Assembly (NCBI GenBank): GCA_037925075.1
Contig: JAXSNR010000002.1
Location: forward strand, 192,001 to 256,000
Source of the DNA: Aquificaceae bacterium
Lineage (GTDB): Bacteria > Aquificota > Aquificia > Aquificales > Aquificaceae
Reading direction: 5' to 3'
DNA: 64,000 nt
The notes beneath the pieces were generated by a model. The model was not told where the DNA came from. It did no database searches and saw only the letters and a list, made by a program, of their open reading frames with translations. Each line of letters begins with the position of its first letter. Positions within the stretch are counted from its first letter, which is position 1. Both the position numbers and the translations under genes were made by a program. Below, one piece after another: positions 41,932 to 50,454 of this stretch.

Positions 41932-43524
41932 ATGGCACTAAGGATTAACTTTAACTATGAGGCCGCGGCAACACACACAAGCATCCTCTCCAACGAGAGG
42001 GAGATGAACAAGTCTCTGCTTAGGCTTTCCACAGGCTTGAGGATACTCAACGCAGCGGATGACTCCGCAGGTCTCTTTATCGCAGACCAACTTATGATAG
42101 TAGGTTCAGGTCTGGAAGAGGGCAACAGGAACATCCAGACAGGCCTCTCAGCTCTTAGGATTGCAGAAAGCTCCGCAGGTCAGATATTCAACAGGCTAAA
42201 CGAAATCTACAAAAGGACAGTACGTGCAGCAAACGACATAAACGACCCAAACGCAAGGTCAAGCCTTCAGAGGGAAATTGACAACTTCATCGATGCCATC
42301 AAAAAGATAGGTACGGACACCGAGTACAACGGGATAAAGCTTCTTGACGGAACCTTTGCTGGCAGGGCAATTCACTACGGAGCAAGAAAAGACCAAGTGC
42401 TAGAGGTGGACATAAAGAGTGTTCTTCCTAATGACATAGGCGCCTACATGGTAAATGGGCAAGGTGCAAGGTATACTCCTGCAGCTAACGCGGTAACAGC
42501 TGGAACCTTTGCTGACCTGCTTAGCATCTCATCCAATTGGCTAGTGGATTCAGGAGACTATGTGGATATAGCAGGTATTAGGGTACTTGCTGATGATGGA
42601 ACGCAGAGGTTTGTAGACGCAAAAACCCTCGCACAAAACATAAACAGCAACAAGGACCTTCAGGCTATTGGTATAGAAGCGGTTGCAAAGAACACAAACA
42701 AAGCGAATGCTACTTATGCTGGATTTGCTAATTTTTGGTCACCCGTAGGAACAGATGATACAGTAAATTACGTTACGCTTAATTTCTTTATAGGCAATGC
42801 TAATGCAGGTGGCACTCAAAATTTCCAAGTTACCATAAACAGTAGCATAACCAGTGTGCAGCAGCTGGCGGATGCTATAAACACCGCAGCCTCTGGAGCA
42901 GGTTCTCCCATAAGCGCCAAGGTTGTGGACAGCAAACTCTTTCTTGAAACCAATAATGGAGAAACCATAGCGGTACAGGTGGCTGTGGATGGGTCTTTCG
43001 CTTCAAACGGTGTGACCATAAATCTTGGGCAAATATTAGAGGGGGCTGGCACTGTTACCTTTACAGCAGGCACAAATTATGCCTACTACATAGACGTTGG
43101 TACAGTTGATATTGCAGGCGTGGACACATACAAGCTTGAATACAGTGGAGTTTCTGCTTCTAACGAGGGCTTTAACTTTAACGTAACTAGCGGTGCTAGC
43201 GCTACTGCTAAAAATCTCTATGCGGTAAGCGTGCTTACAAACGAAAAGGCGGAAGAGTCCATGCTCATAGTCAAGAAAGCCCTCCAACGTGTGGACACTG
43301 TCAGGGCTCAGATAGGTGCGGTTATGAACAACTTGCAGTCCATATACGACTCTCAAAAAGTGGCATGGGACAACACCAAGGAAGCTGAGAACGTTATAAG
43401 AAACACCGACTATGCGGAGGAGATGACCAACTTCACCAAGCTCCAGATAAAGATGCAGTCCTCTATGGCAATGCTGGCACAGGCTAACCAACTGCCCCAG
43501 CTTGTGCTCCAGCTCCTCAGATAA
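41932..43524 (+). CDS. fliC: Flagellin
   Basis: RLSTGLRI..AADDSAGL, TEYNGIKLLDG, RAQIGA..N, LAQANQLPQLVLQLLR. Confidence 0.97.
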   Translation: MALRINFNYEAAATHTSILSNEREMNKSLLRLSTGLRILNAADDSAGLFIADQLMIVGSGLEEGNRNIQTGLSALRIAESSAGQIFNRLNEIYKRTVRAANDINDPNARSSLQREIDNFIDAIKKIGTDTEYNGIKLLDGTFAGRAIHYGARKDQVLEVDIKSVLPNDIGAYMVNGQGARYTPAANAVTAGTFADLLSISSNWLVDSGDYVDIAGIRVLADDGTQRFVDAKTLAQNINSNKDLQAIGIEAVAKNTNKANATYAGFANFWSPVGTDDTVNYVTLNFFIGNANAGGTQNFQVTINSSITSVQQLADAINTAASGAGSPISAKVVDSKLFLETNNGETIAVQVAVDGSFASNGVTINLGQILEGAGTVTFTAGTNYAYYIDVGTVDIAGVDTYKLEYSGVSASNEGFNFNVTSGASATAKNLYAVSVLTNEKAEESMLIVKKALQRVDTVRAQIGAVMNNLQSIYDSQKVAWDNTKEAENVIRNTDYAEEMTNFTKLQIKMQSSMAMLAQANQLPQLVLQLLR

Positions 43525-43533
43525 TAGATTAAG

Positions 43534-43559
43534 AGGGGAGGTTCCACCTCCCCTTTTTT
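43534..43559 (+). terminator. Intrinsic terminator after flagellin
   Basis: AGGGGAGGT-TCC-ACCTCCCCT followed by a T run. Confidence 0.85.
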
Positions 43560-43573
43560 AAACGAGGCGAAAC

Positions 43574-43951
43574 ATGAAGATAGAAGGCATGAGTCCAAAG
43601 CTAAATCTTGAGCAGCATGTGGTTGTTCAAGGGCAGGCTCAGCGTGGGGCTCTTGGGGAGATGAAAAGGCAGGTGGATAGAGAGGTTCAACAGGCTCAGC
43701 AAGAAGCTCAGGAAAACAGAGTTGGCAAATCAGAGGAAATTCAAAGGCTACTCGAAGAAATAAAGAGGAAGTTTGACATGCTTAGCAAGTATTTGAGGAT
43801 AGACATAGACACAGAGCTTGAAATCCCTGTAGCAAAGATAATAGAAAGGGATACCAACAGGATCATTCGTCAGATACCCCCCGATTACCTTCTTGACCTC
43901 ATGAAAAAGGTTGACCAGATGCTTGGTATACTATTGCGGAAGGAGGTATAA
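43574..43951 (+). CDS. flaG: Flagellar protein FlaG
   Basis: IIRQIPP motif; position between fliC and fliD. Confidence 0.85.
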   Translation: MKIEGMSPKLNLEQHVVVQGQAQRGALGEMKRQVDREVQQAQQEAQENRVGKSEEIQRLLEEIKRKFDMLSKYLRIDIDTELEIPVAKIIERDTNRIIRQIPPDYLLDLMKKVDQMLGILLRKEV

Positions 43952-43954
43952 GCT

Positions 43955-45277
43955 TTGGCTGGGGAGATTTACTTTAACAACCTTACTGGTAGGTTCGACT
44001 GGGGTTCCATAGTAGACCAGATAATAAGGCTAAAATCAATTCCCATACAAAGGCTTTCTCAAGAAGCCCAGCAGTTGCAGGCAAGACAGTCTGCCCTTCA
44101 AGGACTCACTGATGCTGTGAATAACCTCTCAAGGCTATTTGAAAACCTTGAAATAGAAGACCTCTTTAAAAGTAAAAGAGCTAACTCCTCAGACACTTCT
44201 GTGCTTACAGCCACCGCTACCGAGAACACACCCAATATAACCCTTAACCTTTCCGTTTCAAGGCTTGCCCAAAAGGAAGTTCTTGTCACCTCTCAAGGTT
44301 TATCTGATGCGAACGCTTCCATAGGCTGGAGTGCCTTCCAGATAGCTTACAACACAGGAAGCTCCACACTTTACTTTGATGTGCAAGCAGGCTCAGGCAA
44401 ACTGTCGGACCTTATAAATGCCATAAACAGTTCCGCAGGTGAAAAAATAGTTGCCAGCATATTCTACGATGGAAATCAGTACAAGCTTATGCTTTCTGAA
44501 AAAGATGAAGCTTCTTCCTCCGCAGAAACAAACGCCGGAAATACGGTCATATCCTTTAGTGTTGCACCACTTATAAACGGCAATGCATGGAGTCTGGACA
44601 CATTCAACCCACTTCAAACAGCTCAAAATGCTCAGATAAGTATAGGATCCAACCTTCTAACAAGCCCAAGCAACAGATTTGAAAACATTGTCAGTGGTCT
44701 AAGTCTGGAAGTAAAAAAGCAAGGCGATGCTACCGTTACTGTAAGTGATGACTACTCGCCTATTTCAAGATTTTTAGAAGACTTCGTCAAAAGCTACAAT
44801 GGGGTTATATCTCAGGTTAACAAGCTTACAGGCAAGGATGCTATCTTTCAGGGGGACTACTCTATTACAGGTATAAAAACTGAGCTTTCAAGGATGCTGG
44901 ACAATCTCTTTGCTTATGACCTTGTAAACATAAAGGAGGATGGTACTCTTGAGGCAAACGGCTATGCGGTTAGCTCCCTTGCCAGTTCAAACCCACAGAG
45001 GTTAAAGGATATTCTTACAGAACTCAAAAACACCGTTGGAGGCTATGCTCTCAGAACGTCTACATCACTTCAGACCTTTAGCAATGATTTGCAGAGCAGA
45101 CTTGACGCTATAAACACAAGGGCTCAGGAGATGGCAAGTCAGCTTTCAAAAGAAGAAGAAAGGTTAAGACTTGAATATGCAAAGGTGGAAACTTTTATGA
45201 ACCATGCTCAGGAGATCATGGCAAGAATGCAGACTTTTATAGTAAGTCTTTCAGAAATGCAAGGAGGAAAGAAATGA
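43955..45277 (+). CDS. fliD: Flagellar filament cap protein (TTG start)
   Basis: N-terminal D..SIVDQI, SSDTSVLTA, AQNA, SNRFENIV.G, FVKSYN. Confidence 0.88.
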   Translation: MAGEIYFNNLTGRFDWGSIVDQIIRLKSIPIQRLSQEAQQLQARQSALQGLTDAVNNLSRLFENLEIEDLFKSKRANSSDTSVLTATATENTPNITLNLSVSRLAQKEVLVTSQGLSDANASIGWSAFQIAYNTGSSTLYFDVQAGSGKLSDLINAINSSAGEKIVASIFYDGNQYKLMLSEKDEASSSAETNAGNTVISFSVAPLINGNAWSLDTFNPLQTAQNAQISIGSNLLTSPSNRFENIVSGLSLEVKKQGDATVTVSDDYSPISRFLEDFVKSYNGVISQVNKLTGKDAIFQGDYSITGIKTELSRMLDNLFAYDLVNIKEDGTLEANGYAVSSLASSNPQRLKDILTELKNTVGGYALRTSTSLQTFSNDLQSRLDAINTRAQEMASQLSKEEERLRLEYAKVETFMNHAQEIMARMQTFIVSLSEMQGGKK

Positions 45278-45684
45278 TCAACACCTATCTTGAAAACATG
45301 GTTTTAACTGCAAACCCGGTGAGGCAAGTTATACTGCTTTATGAAAAGGCTATTTCATGCCTTGATGAGGCGGTGGAGCATATGGAAAGGGGCTCTACCG
45401 ACGCTGAGGATATGAAAATCAAGTATGAAGCCTTGGGCAGGGCTACGGAGATACTTACAGTCCTTGATGCTACCCTCAACATGGAGCAAGGTGGAGATAT
45501 AGCAAAGAGCCTTCACGAAATATATCAAGCTCTCATAAATGACCTTATAAGGATTACCGTGGAAGGGGATGATCCGGAAACCCTTCGTAAAATGGTAAAA
45601 ATACTTACAGAGCTTAAGGAAAGCTGGGAAGAGGTGGAAAAGAAAATCTATGGAAAACCTGAAGCAACTACTCCTGCAGTGTGA
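45274..45684 (+). CDS. fliS: Flagellar chaperone FliS
   Basis: TANP..VILLYE, LNMEQGGDIA, ELKESW. Confidence 0.9.
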   Translation: MINTYLENMVLTANPVRQVILLYEKAISCLDEAVEHMERGSTDAEDMKIKYEALGRATEILTVLDATLNMEQGGDIAKSLHEIYQALINDLIRITVEGDDPETLRKMVKILTELKESWEEVEKKIYGKPEATTPAV

Positions 45685-45892
45685 GATATACCTTCAGCAA
45701 GAAGACTGGGACAGGCTTATAGAAACCCTTAACAGTATAGAGCAAGAGCACTTTAATGGGCTTGACCTTCAAACAGCTCAGGAATGCCTTAGGATTCTTG
45801 AACATCTTATAGCGGAGGGAGAAAAGGTTAGAAATAAACTTGCGGAGAATCTTGTAAACTTGAAAAGGTTTAAGGAAGGCTACGGCATCTAA
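45650..45892 (+). CDS. Small helical protein, FliT-like by position
   Basis: 80 aa directly after fliS; EDWDRL motif. Confidence 0.55.
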   Translation: MENLKQLLLQCEIYLQQEDWDRLIETLNSIEQEHFNGLDLQTAQECLRILEHLIAEGEKVRNKLAENLVNLKRFKEGYGI

Positions 45893-46788
45893 CTTTCCCT
45901 GTGTATTAGTTTCATTATGATATTCTCTATATTATGGTGAGTATCGAAGTTTCTTATAAAGTTTAAAACTCTTTCCGCTTCTGCTTTTGCTCTTTCTTTT
46001 GTTTTTTCAACACCACCATGCTCCAAAACAAGATTTCTTAACTTCTCGTGCTCTCCCTTATAAAACAGAAGCCTTTCTTCCTCGCTTAGTTTGTCAAGTA
46101 CAGACAGAAGTGGGTAGGTACATTTTCCTTCCTTAAGGTCTGACCCTACAGGTTTTCCAAGTTTTTCCTCGCTACCCCCATAGTCCAAGGCATCATCAAT
46201 GAGCTGGAAAGCTCTGCCAACAAGCAAACCCATATTATAAAAATCCCAGTAATCCTTTCTGTGGGCAGTAAGAGCACCAACCGCCATGCATGCTCCAAAG
46301 AGTGCTCCCGTTTTGTAATCTATGATTTTTATGTATGTTTCTTCATCAATAAGCTTTCCCAGATTTTTTAGTTCAAGAAGCTGACCTTGAGACATCTTCA
46401 TAACCGCATCACTAAGAATTTGTATGCTTTCAAGGCTTCCATACTGTGCGTATAAAGAAAGAGCTTTTGCATACATGTAATCTCCTGTCAGAACGCATGC
46501 CTGATTTCCATAGACAAGATTGGCACTTTTTTTACCCCTTCTTGTCTGGGCTCCATCCACCACATCATCATGTAGAAGAGAAGCTATATGAACGTACTCT
46601 ATCCCCACCGCCAAAGGCAAAACCCTTTCCACATCTCCACCAAGTGCCTCACACACCATTATAGTAAGAGCCGGTCTTATAACCTTCCCACCCGAGGATA
46701 TGATGTAGCTACCTATTTCGTATACTTCCCTTACCTCTGGGTCAAGGTACGAAAGAATTCTCTCTCTGATATCCTGAGTATCTACCAT
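45889..46788 (-). CDS. ispB: Polyprenyl diphosphate synthase (IspB-like)
   Basis: GGKVIRP, LLHDDVVD..RRG, FQLIDD, GKP..DL.EGK. Confidence 0.85.
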   Translation of the reverse strand: MVDTQDIRERILSYLDPEVREVYEIGSYIISSGGKVIRPALTIMVCEALGGDVERVLPLAVGIEYVHIASLLHDDVVDGAQTRRGKKSANLVYGNQACVLTGDYMYAKALSLYAQYGSLESIQILSDAVMKMSQGQLLELKNLGKLIDEETYIKIIDYKTGALFGACMAVGALTAHRKDYWDFYNMGLLVGRAFQLIDDALDYGGSEEKLGKPVGSDLKEGKCTYPLLSVLDKLSEEERLLFYKGEHEKLRNLVLEHGGVEKTKERAKAEAERVLNFIRNFDTHHNIENIIMKLIHRES

Positions 46789-46813
46789 ATACTCAATATA
46801 GTATAAAGCAGTC

Positions 46814-47785
46814 TTACCACTGGGCGGTAATCTTTGCCTTTTTGTTTAGGTACTTGTCCACTGCAAGGGCAGCCTTTACACCATCCGCAGCCGCTATTAC
46901 CGCCTGCTTTATGTTGTTGCAAAGCACATCACCAGCTGCAAAAACCCCCGGCACAGAGGTCATCATCTCCTCATTTACCACTATACAATTGTCTCCTGTC
47001 ATCTCCACTTGGTTCATCAAAAAGTCCACCGAAGGCTTGTTGCCACCAAGGAAGATAAAGACACCGTCCACCTGCAAAAGTCTTTTCTCCTTTGTGTTTA
47101 TGTTCTGAACCCACAAACCCTCCACAAGAGATGTACCCACAATTTCCAGAACCCTATTATGCAGTAGTATTTCCACCTTTGGGTTAAATTGCACCTCGGA
47201 AACCATCTCATGAGGAGCCTTTATTCTGCTTGAGGGTACCACCAAGTATATGTTGCTTGCAAAACGGGCTATGAACTCTGTCTCCTCGAGGGCGTAGTCA
47301 TCTTCTCCCACAACCGCTACTGGCCTGTCTTTAAAAAAGGCTGCATCACATACTCCACAATAAGATACTCCCTTACCAAGGAATTCCTCCTCACCCTTGT
47401 ACTTATTGGTTCTTTCCATAGCACCTGACGCTATTATTATCGCCCTACCCTTAAATTCTCTTCCATCTATTGTGTAGACCTTCTTTATTTCACCCAGAAG
47501 GTCTGTGGCTATCACCTTGCCTCTTACGAACTCTGCACCAAAGGCCTTGGCATGCTCGCGGATTAGTTTCAAGAGCTCATAACCAGATATGGGGCCTCTT
47601 ATACCGGGATAATTTTCTATCTGCTGTGTCACTCCAAGGGCTCCGTCCGCCTCAGCCCTGTAGAGTACCAATGTAGAAAGCCCTGCCCTTGCTGTGTATA
47701 TGGCCGCAGAAGCACCTGCGGGACCACCGCCAATTATAACCACATCGTAAACCTTATCTGTGCTAAAGTCCAAGGTCAACTCCAT
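46814..47785 (-). CDS. trxB: Thioredoxin reductase-like flavoprotein
   Basis: GGGPAG, IENYPG, GVSYCGVCD, FAAGDV. Confidence 0.88.
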   Translation of the reverse strand: MELTLDFSTDKVYDVVIIGGGPAGASAAIYTARAGLSTLVLYRAEADGALGVTQQIENYPGIRGPISGYELLKLIREHAKAFGAEFVRGKVIATDLLGEIKKVYTIDGREFKGRAIIIASGAMERTNKYKGEEEFLGKGVSYCGVCDAAFFKDRPVAVVGEDDYALEETEFIARFASNIYLVVPSSRIKAPHEMVSEVQFNPKVEILLHNRVLEIVGTSLVEGLWVQNINTKEKRLLQVDGVFIFLGGNKPSVDFLMNQVEMTGDNCIVVNEEMMTSVPGVFAAGDVLCNNIKQAVIAAADGVKAALAVDKYLNKKAKITAQW

Positions 47786-47804
47786 TTTTCTCCTCCAAAG
47801 GATA

Positions 47805-47831
47805 ATAAATATAATCCCCCGCAGGGGGGAA
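47805..47831 (-). terminator. GC-rich hairpin after ahpC, probable terminator or attenuator before trxB
   Basis: TCCCCC-GCAG-GGGGGA stem followed by an AT-rich tail on the - strand. Confidence 0.6.
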
Positions 47832-47835
47832 TGTG

Positions 47836-48429
47836 CTATGCTTGAAGAGCTTCATAAACCCTTCCCACCATCTCCTGAGAGGGCTTTAGGGTCTTTTCGC
47901 CTTCTTTCCACCTTGCGGGGCATGCCTCATCTGGGTGGCTCATAAGGTAAGCGTTAGCCTTCATCTTACGCACCAGCTCCTGTGCATTCCTTCCCACATT
48001 GTAAAAGTTCACCTCAGAGCCGACAAGAATGCCATCTGGGTTTATTATAAAGGTTCCCCTTAGGGCAAGGCCCGTGTTTTCGTCATAAACTCCAAAAAGC
48101 CTTGAGACCTTTCCCGTTGGGTCTGCACCCATGGGATATTTTATATTCTCAAGAAGCTTTTCGGACCTTTGCCATGCCAAATGGGTGTACTTGGTATCCG
48201 TGGAAACAGATATTACCTCCACGCCCATCCTTTGGAGTTCTTCGTAATACTCCGCAAGGTCTGCCAGCTCTGTGGGGCACACAAAGGTAAAGTCCGCGGG
48301 ATAAAAGAAGAGCACTACCCACCTTCTTTCCTTGAGAAGGTCCTCAAGGGAAACCTTCCCAAAGCCAAGGGTTTTGGGGTCGTAAACCTCAAGCTCAAAG
48401 TTTGGTACCTTCTGTCCAACCTTTAACAT
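47836..48429 (-). CDS. ahpC: 2-Cys peroxiredoxin AhpC
   Basis: FFYPADFTFVCPTE, GRN, ACPARW; SD AAGGAGG before MLKVGQK. Confidence 0.93.
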   Translation of the reverse strand: MLKVGQKVPNFELEVYDPKTLGFGKVSLEDLLKERRWVVLFFYPADFTFVCPTELADLAEYYEELQRMGVEVISVSTDTKYTHLAWQRSEKLLENIKYPMGADPTGKVSRLFGVYDENTGLALRGTFIINPDGILVGSEVNFYNVGRNAQELVRKMKANAYLMSHPDEACPARWKEGEKTLKPSQEMVGRVYEALQA

Positions 48430-48464
48430 CTTACACCTCCTTTCCAAGGATTTTGTTATTAAGT

Positions 48465-48492
48465 ATTATATGCAATTGAGAAATATTTGCAA
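48465..48492 (-). promoter_or_regulatory. ahpC sigma70 promoter overlapped by a Fur/PerR-like box
   Basis: TTGCAA-16-TATAAT on -; imperfect dyad TGCAATTGAGAAATATTTGCA at 48471-48491. Confidence 0.5.
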
Positions 48493-48588
48493 TATGATTA
48501 AGATCATATTCATGGCATGGTTAAAGACTGGTGATTTTAATTTTTACTTCATATTCACAGCTATAATTATTTTTTTTAGAGAGAAAAC

Positions 48589-50436
48589 ATGAAAAAAGGA
48601 ATAATTTTTAGGTTGTTTATTATACTGGGGGTGGCTTTTCTAACAATGCTTGTGGTAACTATATATGCTTTCAGGTCTCAGGCTCTTGAAAAATCCAAGG
48701 AGCAAGCCTACACGATCTCAGAGCTTGTAAGAGATACCCTTACCTCTTACATGGTTATGGGCGTGATGGACAGGAGGGATGAGTTTTTGAATAGGATAAA
48801 GGAGATAAAGGGTGTGGAGGAAGTTAGGGTAATAAGGGGCAAAAGCGTGATAGAGCAGTTTGGCAAGGGTTTTGGCTTTGAAGCCCCAAAGGATGAGATA
48901 GAAAGGGCTGTTCTTGAAAGCGGTAAGGCTATGGATTTTCTTGATGAATCTTTTTCAGAGGTAAAATACAAAATAGTTATACCTTACAAGGCTATACCAG
49001 TAAAGGGTATAAACTGCCTTCAATGCCACAAGGCTCAGCATGGAGAAACCTTAGGTGCCATAAGCCTGACTATGGACCTTACCCATGTAAGAAAGGATTC
49101 TACAAGAATACTTTTATGGTTAACGATCGTTTTCCTCCTTTCTCTTTTAGGTGTTGGCTTTTTTGCTAGTCGTTTTATTACAAAAATTTCTGACTTTATT
49201 GGGGAGCTTAGACACTCTTTGAAGTCTGCCAGAGAGGGCACCTTTGTCTATGAGATAAAAACAGACATAGGCTACGAGGCAACCCTCCTAAAAGACACCC
49301 TTCGACAGTCCTTCTTGAACTTGTCTAACACACTCAACTCCATAGAGGAAAAGGTAATAGCAATGATTGGCTATGGAGTTCTAAAAACGGGTAATGCACT
49401 TTCGGACACTTCCAAGATCGTGGATGAGCTCCTTAATATATACAAATTCAAAAGGGTTATAGAAAAGGACAAAAATAAGATAGATGTTTATGAAAGGATA
49501 AGGCAGGTTATTGAGGACTATATGAGTATTGAAAAATATTCTATCTATGAGGTGTCTCAGGATAAGAACAAAATGAGTGTAGTTTATGTAAAAGGTAAAG
49601 ATTTGTGGTGCAATGAGGTCATTATGGAAAATGCTGAGGAGTGCAGGGCAAAGAGAACGGGTATGGATGTGGATTCAAGGGAGTTTTCATGTATATGTCC
49701 AAGCTTTGGAGACAATCAAATTTGCAAAGAAGGAAGGCTTCACTATTACTGTATGCCTTTATATGTAGGAGGTGCGGTAGGTAATGTGGTGCAGATATTA
49801 TACGAGCCAGAAATTGAACCCTTTGTAAACCTCATAATTCCCTACATAAAAGGTTATCTCAATGAGGCTACTCCTGTGCTTGAGGCAAGAACCTACATGG
49901 ATATGCTCAGAGAACAGTCCCTAAAGGACCAACTCACAGGGCTTTACAACAGGAGATTCCTTGTAGAGGTCATTGATAAAATGACGGCTCAGACAAAAAG
50001 GCGGGGTACAACCCTTGGCATACTGATGGTAGACGTGGACTACTTTAAGCAGGTTAACGATACCTATGGACATGATGTAGGGGACAGGGTCCTAAAAGAA
50101 GTGGGAAATATCTTGGTAAAATCTGTAAGAGAGTCGGACTTGGTCATAAGATACGGTGGCGAGGAGTTTATGGTGCTTTTAGTGGATGTACAACCTGGCA
50201 TGTCCGAAGAAATTGCGGAGAAGATAAGGCAGGTTATAGAAAAACACAGCATAGAAGCACCGGGTGCAGTTCTGAAAAAGACTGTAAGCATAGGAGTTTC
50301 TGAGTTCCCTCAGGATTCTGATAAGATATGGCAGTGCATAAAGTTTGCGGATGTGGCCCTTTACAAGGCAAAGGAGATGGGCAGGAATAGGGTTGTAAGG
50401 TTCAAGCCTGAGTTTTGGCAGAAAGAAAGCTATTAG
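48589..50436 (+). CDS. Membrane diguanylate cyclase with periplasmic CXXCH (heme c) domain and Cys-rich GAF-like region
   Basis: Two TMs, CLQCH, DQLTGLYNRR, RESD I-site, RYGGEEF. Confidence 0.9.
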   Translation: MKKGIIFRLFIILGVAFLTMLVVTIYAFRSQALEKSKEQAYTISELVRDTLTSYMVMGVMDRRDEFLNRIKEIKGVEEVRVIRGKSVIEQFGKGFGFEAPKDEIERAVLESGKAMDFLDESFSEVKYKIVIPYKAIPVKGINCLQCHKAQHGETLGAISLTMDLTHVRKDSTRILLWLTIVFLLSLLGVGFFASRFITKISDFIGELRHSLKSAREGTFVYEIKTDIGYEATLLKDTLRQSFLNLSNTLNSIEEKVIAMIGYGVLKTGNALSDTSKIVDELLNIYKFKRVIEKDKNKIDVYERIRQVIEDYMSIEKYSIYEVSQDKNKMSVVYVKGKDLWCNEVIMENAEECRAKRTGMDVDSREFSCICPSFGDNQICKEGRLHYYCMPLYVGGAVGNVVQILYEPEIEPFVNLIIPYIKGYLNEATPVLEARTYMDMLREQSLKDQLTGLYNRRFLVEVIDKMTAQTKRRGTTLGILMVDVDYFKQVNDTYGHDVGDRVLKEVGNILVKSVRESDLVIRYGGEEFMVLLVDVQPGMSEEIAEKIRQVIEKHSIEAPGAVLKKTVSIGVSEFPQDSDKIWQCIKFADVALYKAKEMGRNRVVRFKPEFWQKESY

Positions 50437-50454
50437 AATTAGAATATTCTTTTT

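Noticed and set aside
48493..48588. AT-rich intergenic region as a possible sRNA or riboswitch
   Set aside because: No stable GC-rich structure, which would be expected in a thermophile; explained by promoters
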